Source of the DNA: Squalus acanthias
Lineage: Eukaryota
Length of the DNA stretch: 64,000 bases
Assembly: GCA_030390025.1 (NCBI GenBank)
Contig: JASTWF010000036.1
Coordinates: forward strand, 930,001-994,000
Direction: 5' to 3'
Made by a program: the position numbers and the translations under genes. Position 1 is the stretch's first letter; every line of letters starts with the position of its first letter. Shown here piece by piece: positions 50,011 to 62,305 of this stretch. Under the pieces are notes generated by a model. It worked only from the letters and a program-made list of their open reading frames with translations. It did no database searches and was not told where the DNA came from.

Positions 50011-50721
50011 AATATGGTCTCAAACAGGACCTTCTCCTCTTCAGTAACAACCCTGGCTCTGCCGATGTCTGACCCAAGGTTCAAGAGAAGCGTTCATTTG
50101 AATGAATTTATTCAATTAGATTGCCTAAAAGCAGGCAGGCAGGCATTTTGCATGCAATGCAACATCCATACAGCCACTCAGTCATCGAACACGGGGATAT
50201 TCCAATCAACTAATTATACTTTTATAAAGCCTTCCTCTGATTTTCAGTGGGCTGCTAAAATTAGCAGGGTCCAGCCCATCCACTTCTTCTTTCAAATTGC
50301 AGAAAACCCCTCTCCATTGGGAGCTGTGACAGGCGCTAAATGCAAGTGTTCTAATGCTTGTCACGAGCATCGCTTTTTAATTGGAATCCTGTTCTTTTTT
50401 TAGTGGGGGTGGGGGGAATTGTTTAAGAGGCTGCAAAACATGACTGGGAGGGCCTGGGACATAACGGCCTCTGTGGTACTGTGTCACAATTGGGTGGTTT
50501 ATGATGTTTTGTCATTAGTTCCTTGCCTTATGCCGCTTGCAACATTGTGGGTGTACAGCAGGAGCAATTGGGCGTCTGCCTGAAAGATTGAATGCTAAAA
50601 TATTGATTGAGATGTGCAATATGTGTGAATCAGTTTTAGGTGGGAGTGGGTGCGGGGGGGGGGGGGCAGTGAGGTGGGAAGCAATGTTAAGCAGGAGGGA
50701 AGAGGGAGGGGAAATGAGCTG

Positions 50722-51050
50722 GGAGGGGTCTAGAACGAGGGGTCACAGTCTCAGGATACGGGGCAGGACATTTAGGACTGAGATGAGGAGAAATTTCTTC
50801 ACTCAGAGGGTGGTGAACCTGTGGAATTCTCTACCACAGAAGACTGTGGAGGCCAAGTCACTGAATATATTTAAGAAGGAGATAGATAGATTTCTAGACA
50901 CAAAAGGCATCAAGGGGTATGGGGAGAGAGCGGGAATATGGTATTGAGATAGAGGATCAGCCATAGTCATATTGAATGGCGGAGCAGGCTCGAAGGGCCA
51001 AATGGCCGACTCCTGCTCCTATTTTTCTATGTTTCTATGTTTCTATGTTT
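50722..51050 (+). mobile_element. CR1 3' end
   Basis: SRTRGHSLRIRG...FFTQRVVNLWNSLP; (CTATGTTT)n tail. Confidence 0.92.
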
Positions 51051-51282
51051 AGTTGAGGGGGTTTGGGGATTGCCTCCAGATCAGTGGCTTTATGCTACAG
51101 AAGCTCCAATGCACTGTGCCACGGGTTGTAGCACTGTCTGCCTGGGATTCCCCCCCCCACTCCTCGCCCGCCGCAAAGAATGACCCATTTCAGCAGTGGG
51201 AGGTGCCAAAGAGAGACCATGAGCTTTTCCACAGGCAGGGAGAGAAGGAACAACAGGAGGAGCAGTCCGTCTGCCCTCTCTG

Positions 51283-51670
51283 GTGACCTAATAGAGGTCT
51301 TTAAAATTATGAAAAATTTTGATAGAGTGGATACAGAGAGAATGTTTCTACTTGTGGGGAAGAGCATAACTGGAGGCCATCAATATAAGATAGTCACCAA
51401 GAAATCAAATAGGGAATTCAGAAGAAACTTCTTTCCCCAGAGAGTGGTTAGAATGTGGAACTCGCTACCACAGGGAGTGGTTGAAGCGAATGGTATCGAT
51501 GCATTTAAGGGGAGGCTGGATAAGCATATGAGGGAGAAGGGAATAGAGGGTTACGCTGATAGATTTAGATGAGGAAAGACGGGAGGAGGCTCGAGTGGAG
51601 CATAAACGCTGGCATAGACTGGTTGGGCCTAATGGCCTGTTTCTGTGCCGTATATCCGATGTAATCCTGT
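51283..51670 (+). mobile_element. CR1 3' end followed by a SINE fragment (to ~51830)
   Basis: GDLIEVFKIMK...RVVRMWNSLP. Confidence 0.9.
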
Positions 51671-52145
51671 GTAAAAGATCCCGCGGCACTATTTCAAATA
51701 AGAGCAGGAGAGTTCTCCACCAGTGTCCTGGCCAAAATGTTTATCCCTCAATCCACATCACGAAAGAAACCACAGATTATCTGGTCATTTGTCCCATTGC
51801 TGTTTGTGGGATCTTGTGCGGGCAAGTCTCGCACAGCTGGTGGTGACCAAAGGCTAAGGGCATTGGATTTGTTTCTCAGCGGCCCAGGAGCCCCATTTTC
51901 CACTTGGAGCCAATAAAAGCGCCGTTGCGACAAGTGCAGAGCGGGGTAATGACATCGTCGCGTGTACCCGCGCGGCAGTCCCCTGCCGTGGTGCCAGGAC
52001 GCCACTTGTTGCAGGCGCCATGGTGCCAGTGCTTTGTGCCTGCACTCAGATGAAAGTGTCACAGCCGGTCACACCGAATACAAGAACCCGCCATTACAGG
52101 CGGCACAATAATGGCACAAAGGTGGGAGAGAGCCGTGCCCTTAGG

Positions 52146-52365
52146 TCCTGGCCAATATTTCTCCCTCAACCAACATAACAAACCCAGATGATCTGGTCAT
52201 TATCACATTGCTGTTTGTGGGAGCTTGCTGTGCGCAAATTGGCTGCTGCGTTTCCCACATTACAACAGTGACTCCACTTCAAAAAGCACTTCATTGGCTG
52301 TAAAGCACTTTGAGACGTCCGGTGGTCATGAAAGGCGCTATAGAAATGCAAGTCAGTCTTTCTTT
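52146..52365 (+). mobile_element. SacSINE1-like 3' half
   Basis: Homology to the other copies. Confidence 0.88.
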
Positions 52366-53002
52366 TAGGTTCCTCACCCAAGGCTCCGCCTGCAATATAA
52401 AAGCAACTCTAGACTGGATGCCAGCGGCCTAACTGCCTCGTTGACCAGGGGTGATGCCTGGAGGAAGGACGTCATAAGAGAGGCATCGATAAAGCAACAA
52501 ATGCCTTTGCAAAGACAAAGTAGCAGATCTTGCACAGATACAATCCTACAGTCAGCTACAGAAGAGGGGGAAAGAGTTGTCAGTCTGACTACAATCAACT
52601 GTTCCCATTTTTTGAAGTGCATTAGGTACTGCGGATTTATATTCCTGCCTCGGTACCCATCAGTATGTTCCTCCAGTCTTTTATTTGTTAATAATACATA
52701 CATTCTGACATGAAAGACATCTTTTTGAGCCCTAAAGCTTTGTGACAATATTTTGTATCATTGTTTAATATGGAATGATGGGAAAATAAAAGCATGCCAT
52801 CAGTGGTACACGTTCGCTGTTGACAGTGTGCTTTTTTTTGTGGCTGAATTCCAATATATTTTTGCAAAGGTTGCTGAGTTAGGATGAGGAAAGATTAATA
52901 GGGATGAGTGTTCAGGGTGACTCACTTTTCTGGTTCTGTTTCAGCGATGGAAACTTGGACGACTGGGTCCTTAAAGCTGAGTCTCCAATCTAACTATTTT
53001 CT

Positions 53003-53655
53003 GTGTACTGTATTCGCTGCTCACGATGCGGTCTCCTCTACATTGGGGAGACCAAACGCAGATTGGGTGACCCTTCGTCTGTAAGCGTGACCCCGAGCTT
53101 CCGGTCGCCTGTCACTTTAATTCTCCATTCCCACTCTGACCTCTCTGTCCTCGGCCTCCTCCAGTGTTCCAATGAAGCTCAACATAAGCTCGAGGAACAG
53201 CCCCTCATCTTTCCATCAGGCACTTTACAGCCTTCTGGACTCAACATCGAGTTCAACAATTTCAGACCATAACCTCGGCCCCTATTTTTTCAGACGGCAG
53301 CTGTTGATGATTCTGCCAGTGCCTTTTACACAACCTCTAGACCCATCTTTTGTTTCTTTACTTGTCCCATTACCATCTCCTTTTGCCTCGCACCATCCCA
53401 CCTTTTGTCGTTTAATCTCTCCTGCCTTCCACCCAATCACAGACCTTCCCTTTTGTTCTTTCCTCCGCTCCTCCCTCTCCCTGCCTCTGCACTTGCTTAA
53501 AAACTGTTACATCTCCAGCTTTTTCCAGTTCTGACGAAGGGTCTCTGACCTGAAACGTTAACTCTGTCTCTCTCTCCACAGATGCTGCCTGACCTGCTGA
53601 GTGTTTCCAACATTTTCTGTTCTTATTTTAAATTTCCAGTATTTTGCTTTTGTCA
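53003..53655 (+). mobile_element. Penelope-like element 3' end (GIY-YIG endonuclease remnant + terminal repeat)
   Basis: YCIRCSRCGLLYIGETKRRLGD...KLEEQ.LIF..GTLQPSGLN. Confidence 0.9.
53527..53563 (+). ncRNA. Minimal type I hammerhead ribozyme motif
   Basis: AGUU-CUGACGA-AGGGUC(UCU)GACCU-GAAA-CGUU-AACU. Confidence 0.7.
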
Positions 53656-54021
53656 TCAATCTAGCTGCTGGAGTATGTAAGTCAAAATGGCAGTGATTTT
53701 GACCGGCTCAATGGCAAAGTGGGCAAGTAAACGGCATGGCATAGACCATGGCAGTCTCACGTTCAATCCACCCAGAGTGGCAGTTGGGGCATTCTAATAT
53801 GCCTCAATATCCCTGGACTAAAGAGAGCAAGAAACAGCAGGGTTTTCTATTCTTGATTGGTATCCAATGGCCCCTGCTGGAAAGTGTGGATCTTCAGTGA
53901 GACAAGGATTGGCCGTGGCTCGATGCGGTTAAGCTCACAGATAAAGAATGACTACTTGAGTGAAGTACCAGAGGCCTGTTGATCCCCATAGAAACCGACC
54001 TCAGTACAATTCTGGGGAAAG

Positions 54022-54483
54022 AGAGAAAGAAGAAGAAGAAAGACTTGCATTTCTCCGGCGCCTTTCACAACCACCGGACGCCCCAAAGCGCTTTACAGCC
54101 AATGAAGTACTTTTTTGACGTGTAGTCACTGTTGTAATGTAGAAAACGCGGCAGCCAATTTGCGCACAGCAAGCTCCCACAAACAGCAATGTGATAATGA
54201 CCAGATAATCTGTTTTTGTTATGTTGATTGAGGGATAAATATTGGCCCCGGGACACCGGGGAGAACTCCCCCTGCTCTTCTTCGAAATAGTGCCACGGGA
54301 TCTTTTACATCCACCTGAGAGAGCAGACGGGGCCTCGGTTTAACGTCTCATCCGAAAGACAGCACCTCCGACAGTGCAGCACTCCCTCAGCACTGCACTG
54401 GAGTGTCAGCCTAGATTTTTGTGCTCAAGTCTCTGGAGTGGGACTTGAACCCACAACCTTCTGACTCAGAGGCGAGGGTGCTA
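54022..54483 (-). mobile_element. SacSINE1-like SINE
   Basis: Near-consensus copy. Confidence 0.92.
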
Positions 54484-54944
54484 CAAGGAGAGAAAAAGTG
54501 GGGGGGAAAAACAGGTGATTTTTACCTATACTCCATAGTTTGTGTGAAATCCTGTTTGAGACAACCAGGAACAAAGAAATTGGTAAAAGTATTTGAAAAG
54601 AGATTAGAAGCATGCTCCATCAATATTACCAACAACTTGCATTTACATTGTGCCTTTAATGTAGTAAAACATCTCCAGCTGCTTCACAGGGGCAGAACCA
54701 GACTAAACTTTGACACTGAGCCAAAGAAGGAGACATTAGGACAGGTGACCAAAAAGCTTGGTCAAAGAGGGAGGTTTTAATGAGCGTCTTAAAGGAGAAG
54801 AGAGAGAGGTAGAGAGGCGGAGAGGTTTAGGGAGGGAATTCCAGAGCTTAGGGCTCAGGCAGCTGAAGGCACGGCCGCCAATGGTGGAGCGATGGAAATC
54901 GGGGGGATGCACAAGAGGCCAGAATTGCAGGAGCGCAGAGATCT

Positions 54945-57210
54945 GGGAGGGTTGTAGGGGCTGGAGGAGGTTACAGAGATAGGGAGGGTTGTAGGGGCTG
55001 GAGGAGGTTACAGAGATAGGGACGGTTGTAGGGGGCTGGAGGAGGTTACAGAGATAGGGAGGGTTGTAGGGGCTGGAGGGGTTACAGAGATAGGGAGGGT
55101 TGTAGGGGCTGGAGGAGGTTACAGAGATAGGGAGGGTTGTAGGGGCTGGAGGAGGTTACAGAGATAGGGAGGGTTGTAGGGGCTGGAGGAGGTTACAGAG
55201 ATAGGGAGGGTTGTAGGGGCTGGAGGAGGTTACAGAGATAGGGAGTGTTGTAGGGGGCTGGAGGAGGTTACAGAGATAGGGAGGGTTGTAGGGGGCTGGA
55301 GGAGGTTACAGAGATAGGGAGGGTTGTAGGGGGCTGGAGGAGGTGACAGAGATAGGGAGGGTTGTAGGGGGCTGGAGGAAGTTACAGAGATAGGGAGGGT
55401 TGTAGGGGGCTGGAGGAGGTTACAGAGATAGGGAGCGGTGTAGGGGGCTGGAGGAGGTTACAGAGATAGGGAGCGTTGTAGGAGCTGGAAGAGGTTACAG
55501 AGATAGGGAGGGTTGTAGGGGGCTGGAGGAGGTTACAGAGATAGGGAGGGTTGTAGGGGGCTGGAGGAGGTTACAGAGATAGGGAGGGTTGTAGGGGGCT
55601 GGAGGAGGTTACAGAGATAGGGAGCGGTGTAGGGGGCTGGAGGAGGTTACAGAGTTGTAGGGGCTGGAGGAGGTTACAGAGATAGGGAGGGTTGTAGGGA
55701 GCTGGAGGAGGTTAACACGGTGGCATAGTGGTTAGCACTGGTGCCTCACAGCGCCAGAGACCCGGGTTCGAATCTGACCTCGGGTGACTGTCTGTGTGGA
55801 GTTTGCACATTCTCCCCGTGTCTGCGTGGGTTTCCTCCGGGTGCTCCGGTTTCCTCCCACAGTCCAAAAATGTGTGGGTTAGGTTGATTTGGCTATGATA
55901 AATTGACCCTTAGTGTTAGGGGGGATTAAATATGTGGGGTTATGGGGATAGGATGGGATATGTTAGGGGGAATTAAATACGTGGGGTTACGGGGGTAGGG
56001 TGGGATATGTGTACTGTGGGGATTAAAGCAGGGACAGGGTACTGGATTTGGATGATCAGCCATGATCGTATTGAATGGCGGAGCAGGCTCGACGGGCCGA
56101 ATGGCCTACTCCTGCTCCTAGATTCTATGTTTCTATGTTTCTATGTTATAGAGATAGGGAGGGTTGTAGGGGCTGGAGGAGGTTACAGAGATAGGGAGGG
56201 TTGTAGGGGCTGGAGGAGGTTACAGAGATAGGGAGTGTTGTAGGGGGCTGGAGGAGGTTACAGAGATAGGGAGGGTTGTAGGGGCTGGAGGAAGTTACAG
56301 AGATAGGGAGGGTTGTAGGGGGCTGGAGGAGGTTACAGAGATAGGGAGCGGTGTAGGGGGCTGGAGGAGGTTACAGAGATAGGGAGCGTTGTAGGAGCTG
56401 GAGGAGGTTACAGAGATAGGGAGGGTTGTAGGGGGCTGGAGGAGGTTACAGAGATAGGGAGGGTTGTAGGGGGCTGGAGGAGGTTACAGAGATAGGGAGG
56501 GTTGTAGGGGGCTGGAGGAGGTTACAGAGATAGGGAGCGGTGTAGGGGGCTGGAGGAGGTTACAGAGATAGGGAGGGTTGTAGGGGCTGGAGGAGGTTAC
56601 AGAGATAGGGAGGGTTGTAGGGGGCTGGAGGAGGTTACAGAGATAGGGAGGGTTGTAGGGAGCTGGAGGAGGTTATAGAGATAGGGAGGGTTGTAGGGGC
56701 TGGAGGAGGTTACAGAGATAGGGAGGGTTGTAGGGGCTGGAGGAGGTTACAGAGATAGGGAGGGTTGTAGGGGGCTGGAGGAGGTTACAGAGATAGGGAG
56801 GGTTGTAGGGGCTGGAGGAGGTTACAGAGATAGGGAGGGTTGTAGGGAGCTGGAGGAGGTTATAGAGATAGGGAGGGTTGTAGGGGCTGGAGGAGGTTAC
56901 AGAGATAGGGAGGGTTGTAGGGGCTGGAGGAGGTTACAGAGATAGGGAAGGTTGTAGGGGGCTGGAGGAGGTTACAGAGATAGGGAGGGTTGTAGGGGGC
57001 TGGAGGAGGTTACAGAGATAGGGAGGGTTGTAGGGGGCTGGAGGAGGTTACAGAGATAGGGAGGGTTGTAGGGGGCTGGAGGAGGTTACAGAGATAGGGA
57101 GGGTTGTAGGGGGCTGGAGGAGGTTACAGAGATAGGGAGGGTTGTAGGGGGCTGGAGGAGGTTACAGAGATAGGGAGGGTTGTAGGGGGCTGGAGGAGGT
57201 TACAGAGATA
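54945..57210. repeat. G-rich 37/38-bp minisatellite (~48 units)
   Basis: Unit GGGAGGGTTGTAGGGG(G)CTGGAGGAGGTTACAGAGATA. Confidence 0.98.
55715..56144 (+). mobile_element. HE1-like V-SINE with a CR1-derived tail
   Basis: tRNA head GGTGGCATAGTGGTTAGC...GGTTCGAATC; V-domain GGAGTTTGCACATTCTCCCCGTGTCTGCGTGGGTTTCCTCCGGG; CR1 3' UTR + (CTATGTTT)n; GTTA at both junctions. Confidence 0.93.
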
Positions 57211-57572
57211 GGAAGGGGCGAGGCCATGGAGGGATTGGAAAACAAAGATGAGAATTTTAAAATTGAGGCGTTGCCCGTTGCCGGACCGGGAGCCAATGTA
57301 GGTCAGCGAGCTCAGGGGTGATGGGTGAGCGGGATACGGGCTCAAGTTTATGGTGGGTGGAAGGTGGGAGACCAGCCAGGAGAGGATTGGAATAGTCGAG
57401 TCTGGAGGTAACAAAAGCATGCTGTATCTAACAACCACTGGACTGCTCGGCTCTGCCAGTCCCAAACTCAACCATGTCCTGGAACAACCCATTTTTGTTT
57501 GCTTTAAACCTTTGCGATTGTGTATTCAATCAGAGGTGGCCGCTGGCCACCCAAAACAACCCTAGCAGCAGG

Positions 57573-58475
57573 AACTGATTGAGGTGTACAAAATTATGAG
57601 GGGCATAGATAGGGTAGATAGAAAGGAACTTTCCCCCTTAGTAGAGGGGTCAATAACCAGGGGGCATAGTTTCAAGATAAGGGGCAGGAGGTTTAGAGGG
57701 GATTTGAGGAAAAACTTTTTCACCCAGAGGGTGGTTGGAATCTGGAACTCACTGCCTGAAAGGGTGGTAGAGGCAGGAACCCTCACAACATTCAAGAAGC
57801 ATTTAGATGAGCACTTGAAACGCCATAGCATACAAGGCTACGGACCAAGTGCTGGAAAATGGGATTAGAATAGACAGGGCTTGATGGCCGGCGCGGACAC
57901 GATGGGCCGAAGGGCCTCTTTATCTGAGGAAGGATGTTCTTGCCATGGAGGGAGTGCAGCGAAGATTCACCAGACTGATACCTGGGATGGCAGGAATGAC
58001 GTATGAGGAGAGATTGGGTCGATTGGGCTTATACTCACTGGAGTTTCGAAGAATAAGAGGTGATCTCATTGAAACTTATAAAATTCTAACAGGACTAGAC
58101 AGACTAGATGCAGAAAGGATGTTCCCGATGGCCGGGGAGTCCAGAACCAGGGGTCACAGTCTAAGGATAAGGGGTAAGCCATTTAGGACTGAGATGAGGA
58201 GGAATTTCTTCACCCAAAGAGTGGTGAACCTGTGGAATTCTCTACCACACAAGGCAGTAGAGGCCAATTCATTAAATATATTCAAGAAGGAGTTGGATAT
58301 ATTTCTTAAGGTTAAAGGGATCAAGGGATATGGGGAGAAGGCAGGGACAGGGTACTGAGTTTGGATGATCATGTTATTGCAGCCATGATCTCATCGAATG
58401 GTGGCCTGCTCCTGCTCATATCTTCTATGATTCTATGATTTCTGTGCTGTATAACTCTATGACTATGACTATGAA
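57573..58475 (+). mobile_element. CR1 3' end with a second CR1 (57921-58440) nested in its 3' UTR
   Basis: Host UTR GGGCCTCTT|TCTGTGCTGTATAACTCTATG is split by the second element. Confidence 0.9.
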
Positions 58476-58784
58476 CATCTTGGGGGCACATAGCTATGTT
58501 TAAAAGAATAAGTCAATTGAAAAATCTGAATGAGGACAAATGTGGATATCTTGGTGGGTGATGGGGTGGGGGAAGAGTTCCTCTATACGCTACATGTAAC
58601 AAAACCCATTTGTAAAGAATGTGTTTTGCAATTTCACTACATATAGCATGCTGGAAAAACTCTGCCCCCCTGATGAGTGAACTTGAAACTGCACGTATTA
58701 ATGGCACAGCCTCCACACAACCAGGAGCTTAATGTACGAGAACGGGGCTTCTTCTTGAAGTGGTCTCAGTAATTCTAACAGCTT

Positions 58785-58876
58785 CAGCCATGATCGTATT
58801 GAATGTTGGAGCAGGCTCGACGGGCCGAATGGCCTACTCCTGCTCCTAGTTTCTATGTTTCTATGTTTCTATGTTT
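58785..58876 (+). mobile_element. CR1/HE1 3' tip
   Basis: Near-identical to the tail at 56057-56144. Confidence 0.85.
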
Positions 58877-59479
58877 CATGCAAAACAGCCCAAGGTCAGC
58901 TGCAGAAGTCCAGGATCAGCCTTGCCTGGAGTAGCAGTATGGCGAGAATGCAGGTCTTACCTGATCAAACGAACGTTAGAGCAGAGGTTCTTCGACGAGG
59001 ACAACCTGGGAAAGCATAAATACTGCTGGGTGTGTACAGTGTGCGCCTGAGTGCAGCGCAATCCTTCAACAAGTTTGACGGGAAGGGTTCAGCTCGCTTC
59101 ACTTTTTGCTCCCAACTCGATTAACAGGAACCTATTTTCCAAAGGCTGACCACAGCCCATTAAATCATTCATTTCCATCGCAATGCATATAAATGCTGAA
59201 CAAAAACATCTCTTGTACAAACGTCATTAACTACTCAAATCTGCTACTGTAAAAACTGGCAGCAGAATCACTGTATTTGGTAGAGCTGACCATTAAGAAC
59301 TGGGGATCATTTCATGCATGATATGAATTTTGCATTCAAACATCATGTATAACAGGAGAGACTGTTTGGTGCATTCAAATGATATCCTTCTTTCGGGCGT
59401 GTGTGTCTCCAGAGTGGAGCTTGTCTGGATATGTCTGCGATAGAGGAGTACACATTCTGTCTCTGTTCGGTGAGAGATT

Positions 59480-59910
59480 TTTTAAATTCATTCACGGGAT
59501 GTGGGTGTCACTGGCAAGGGCAGCATTTATTGCCCATCCCTAATTGCCCTGCGAGAAGGTGGTGGTGAGCTGCCGCCTTGAATAAGTGGCTTGCTAGGCC
59601 ATTTCAGAGGGCAGTTAAGAGTCAAACACATTGCTGTGGGACTGGAGTCACATATAGGCCAGACCAGGTAAAGACAGCAGATTTCTTTCCCTAAAGGACA
59701 TTAGTGAACCAGCTGGGTTTTTTACGACAATCTGGTAGTTTCACGGTCACCATTACTGATACGAGTTTTTTTTCCCCCTCCAGATTTATTTAATTAGCTG
59801 AATTTAATTTCCCCAGCTGGTGTGGTGGGATTTGAACTCGTGTCCCCAGATCATTAGTCCAGGCCTCTGGATTACTGGTCCAGTAATATAATCGCTATTC
59901 TACCGTAACC
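59480..59910 (-). mobile_element. tRNA-headed SINE sharing its 3' tail with the Zenon-like LINE
   Basis: B box GAGTTCAAATCCC; tail CACCACCACCTTCTC...GGGCAATTAGGGATGGGCAATAAATGCTG. Confidence 0.82.
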
Positions 59911-59914
59911 CTAA

Positions 59915-60110
59915 ATGTAGGAATATACAGTACTGTCTGTGAAATTCAGAAGTATACAGTACTGTGTGTGAGAGATTTGGCATTACACAGTACTGTGTAT
60001 GAGACTTAGGATTATATATTACTGTGTGAGACATTGAGGAATATACAGTACTGTGTGTGAGAGTTTAAGATTATACAGTGCTTTTGTTTGTGTGAGATTG
60101 AGGAATATTT
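59915..60110. repeat. Degenerate ~30-bp tandem repeat
   Basis: AGGAATATACAGTACTGTGTGTGAGA-like unit, ~6 copies. Confidence 0.8.
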
Positions 60111-60511
60111 GATAGATATGGGAGGGAAATGGAGGTGTCAGGTTATTGTAGGAGTCAACCTTACAGCTGAAGGCACCAGTGTCCTGACCTTCTGGCTAGT
60201 GCCAGGTTTCTGAATCTTTATTTAATCACATTGATCTGTGGATAGTCTGGTAACCTAACCTGAGTATTTGACTTCCAACCAATAGGTTTCAAATTCAAGA
60301 CCCAGGGCTACTGTAACTCAAACTCCCATTCCCCCTCTGACTGACTATCAGTTCTTTCCAGCTGGGACATTTATTGATTGTCAGGCTGAAGGTAAGGCAA
60401 TCTGTCTTGGGTGGCTGAGGAGGGCCAAAAAGAATTCAATTTCCTTTGTGTGGCTCCACCTGCTGGTCCCTGGTGGAACTGGTTTTTTGAAAGCAGTCCT
60501 TGAGAAGACTT

Positions 60512-61277
60512 GGGCCCGGTTTTTCCGGGGCCTATGACGACGTACGCACAGCACGCGCGGTCGTAAGGGCCCCACAAGTTCCGGGTTTCCGTGTGCTCTG
60601 CGCACGCCCGAAAACCCGGAACTTGCGATCTGTCAGGTTTCAGCTTGACAGATCATACGAATCCCTGGGAAATGGACATTCGCTGGCGGAGAGTTGGACT
60701 ATTTGCCCAACTACTGCCCAGCGAATGCCCACAAAACTCTTACGCCTGGTAAAAGCAGGTGTAGGGCCTTCTTTTACCAGCGTAAGGGTTTAAATAAATA
60801 TTAAAATAACATTTTCTAATTGATTTAACCATACAAAAACCTTTAAAATTAGTTTAGGTTATTTTTGGCCCCTTTAAAAATGTTTAAATTTATTTTCCAA
60901 AAAATTAAATTTTTCGTTTTAAATGTTTAATTAAATTGTATTTTAATTAATATTGAACATGTGATGATTTATTTTTATTTAAGTGGTGTTTTGTGTGTGA
61001 TTCCTATTCTGCTTATGGGGATTCCGTACGTAAATGGAACCCCCATAAGCATAATGGGAATCCCCTTTTCTCATTGGTTGGGCCGGCCCACGTGATCCCA
61101 GGGACGTTTGCGAACCGCCTGTGCCCCCTGGGAAACGTGGGCCTTTACGCAGGCCTAGGCGTAGAGGCCCAGGAACGCGAGAGTCCGAAGATACGGCGGC
61201 ACCAGGTAAGTGCGTACTTTTCTTGCGGATCGGAGGCGTTTGCCCGCGGGAAGCCTCCGATCCGCAGTTTCAGGTCC
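60512..61277 (+). mobile_element. MITE related to family A
   Basis: GC-rich hairpin ends, AT-rich core, shared AAAGCAGGYGTAGG and ATTGG..CACGTGATCCCAG motifs; TIRs imperfect. Confidence 0.78.
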
Positions 61278-61929
61278 ATTATGACTGCCGCTACCCCCAC
61301 ACTCCCAGTAGGAAGAGGATGTGTGATGTTACACGTAAGGACAGCAAAATGGCACAAACTTAGTTAAAACAGTGGCTCAGTTACCCATAGCAACGTGAAG
61401 AGATTTGTATCAAAACGTTATTCCTAACAAGATTCACTCTAATAAGCTTCCAGTTACACAACATTCTCGCTTAATTAGTACAACACAGTAAATTACTCTT
61501 AATGTAGTTTTCATAAAGGAACTCTCATTGATTTTCTTTTCTGAAACAAGATTACTGTAAATTTAAGAAACACTGGTTGTTAAGGAAGGGTCTGCACAAC
61601 AAATCATTGAGGTGTTTCAGTGCTTTCATTTATAATATACAGCTTTTGCAACCTGCTGAGATTCTTGTTGAACACATAATCAGAATCTATAGGTCATAGG
61701 ATGAGTGCTAATTCTGCTTCCTCACACTGCTGGGTTCAGTAACTCCACCCGGCCAGCTTTTCCACTATCATCAGGATGCACAGATCAAACACAAATATCA
61801 GCAGCAAGAAGCAAACAGACACAATCAAAGGACATTACAATTCTTTGGTTTGCTTTTCAAAGGGTTCCGAAGATGGCAGTGGAAGTCCAGAGTACTGCAT
61901 CATGGTGTGGGAGGGAGCAGGCTTGTGTC

Positions 61930-62305
61930 CAACAGCAACTTGTATTTATATAGCGCCTTTAACATAGTAAACCGTCCCAAGGCGCTTCACAGGAGTGATT
62001 ATCAAACAAAATTTGACACCGAGCCACATAAGGAGATATTAGGACAGATGACCAAAAGCTTGATCAAAGAGGTAGGTTTTAAGGAGCGTTTTGAAGGAGG
62101 AAAGAGGCGGAGAGGTTTAGGGAATTCCAGAGCTTAGGGCCCAGGCAACAGAAGGCACGGCCACCAATGGTGGAGCGATGGAAATCAGGGATGTGGAAGA
62201 GGTCAGAATTGAAGGACTGCAGAGATCTCAGAGGGTTATAGGGCTGGAGGAGGTTACAGAGATAGGGAGGGGCGAGGCCATGGAGAGATTTGAAAACAAG
62301 GATGA
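61930..62305 (-). mobile_element. L2 3' end
   Basis: FKSLHGLAPPYLCNLLQPYNP...GGRAF...PKLWNSL. Confidence 0.92.

Larger units (their letters stand above)
54630..57420 (-). mobile_element. L2 3' fragment split by an internally amplified minisatellite
   Basis: L2 sequence runs 54630-54945 and resumes colinearly at 57210. Confidence 0.9.
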
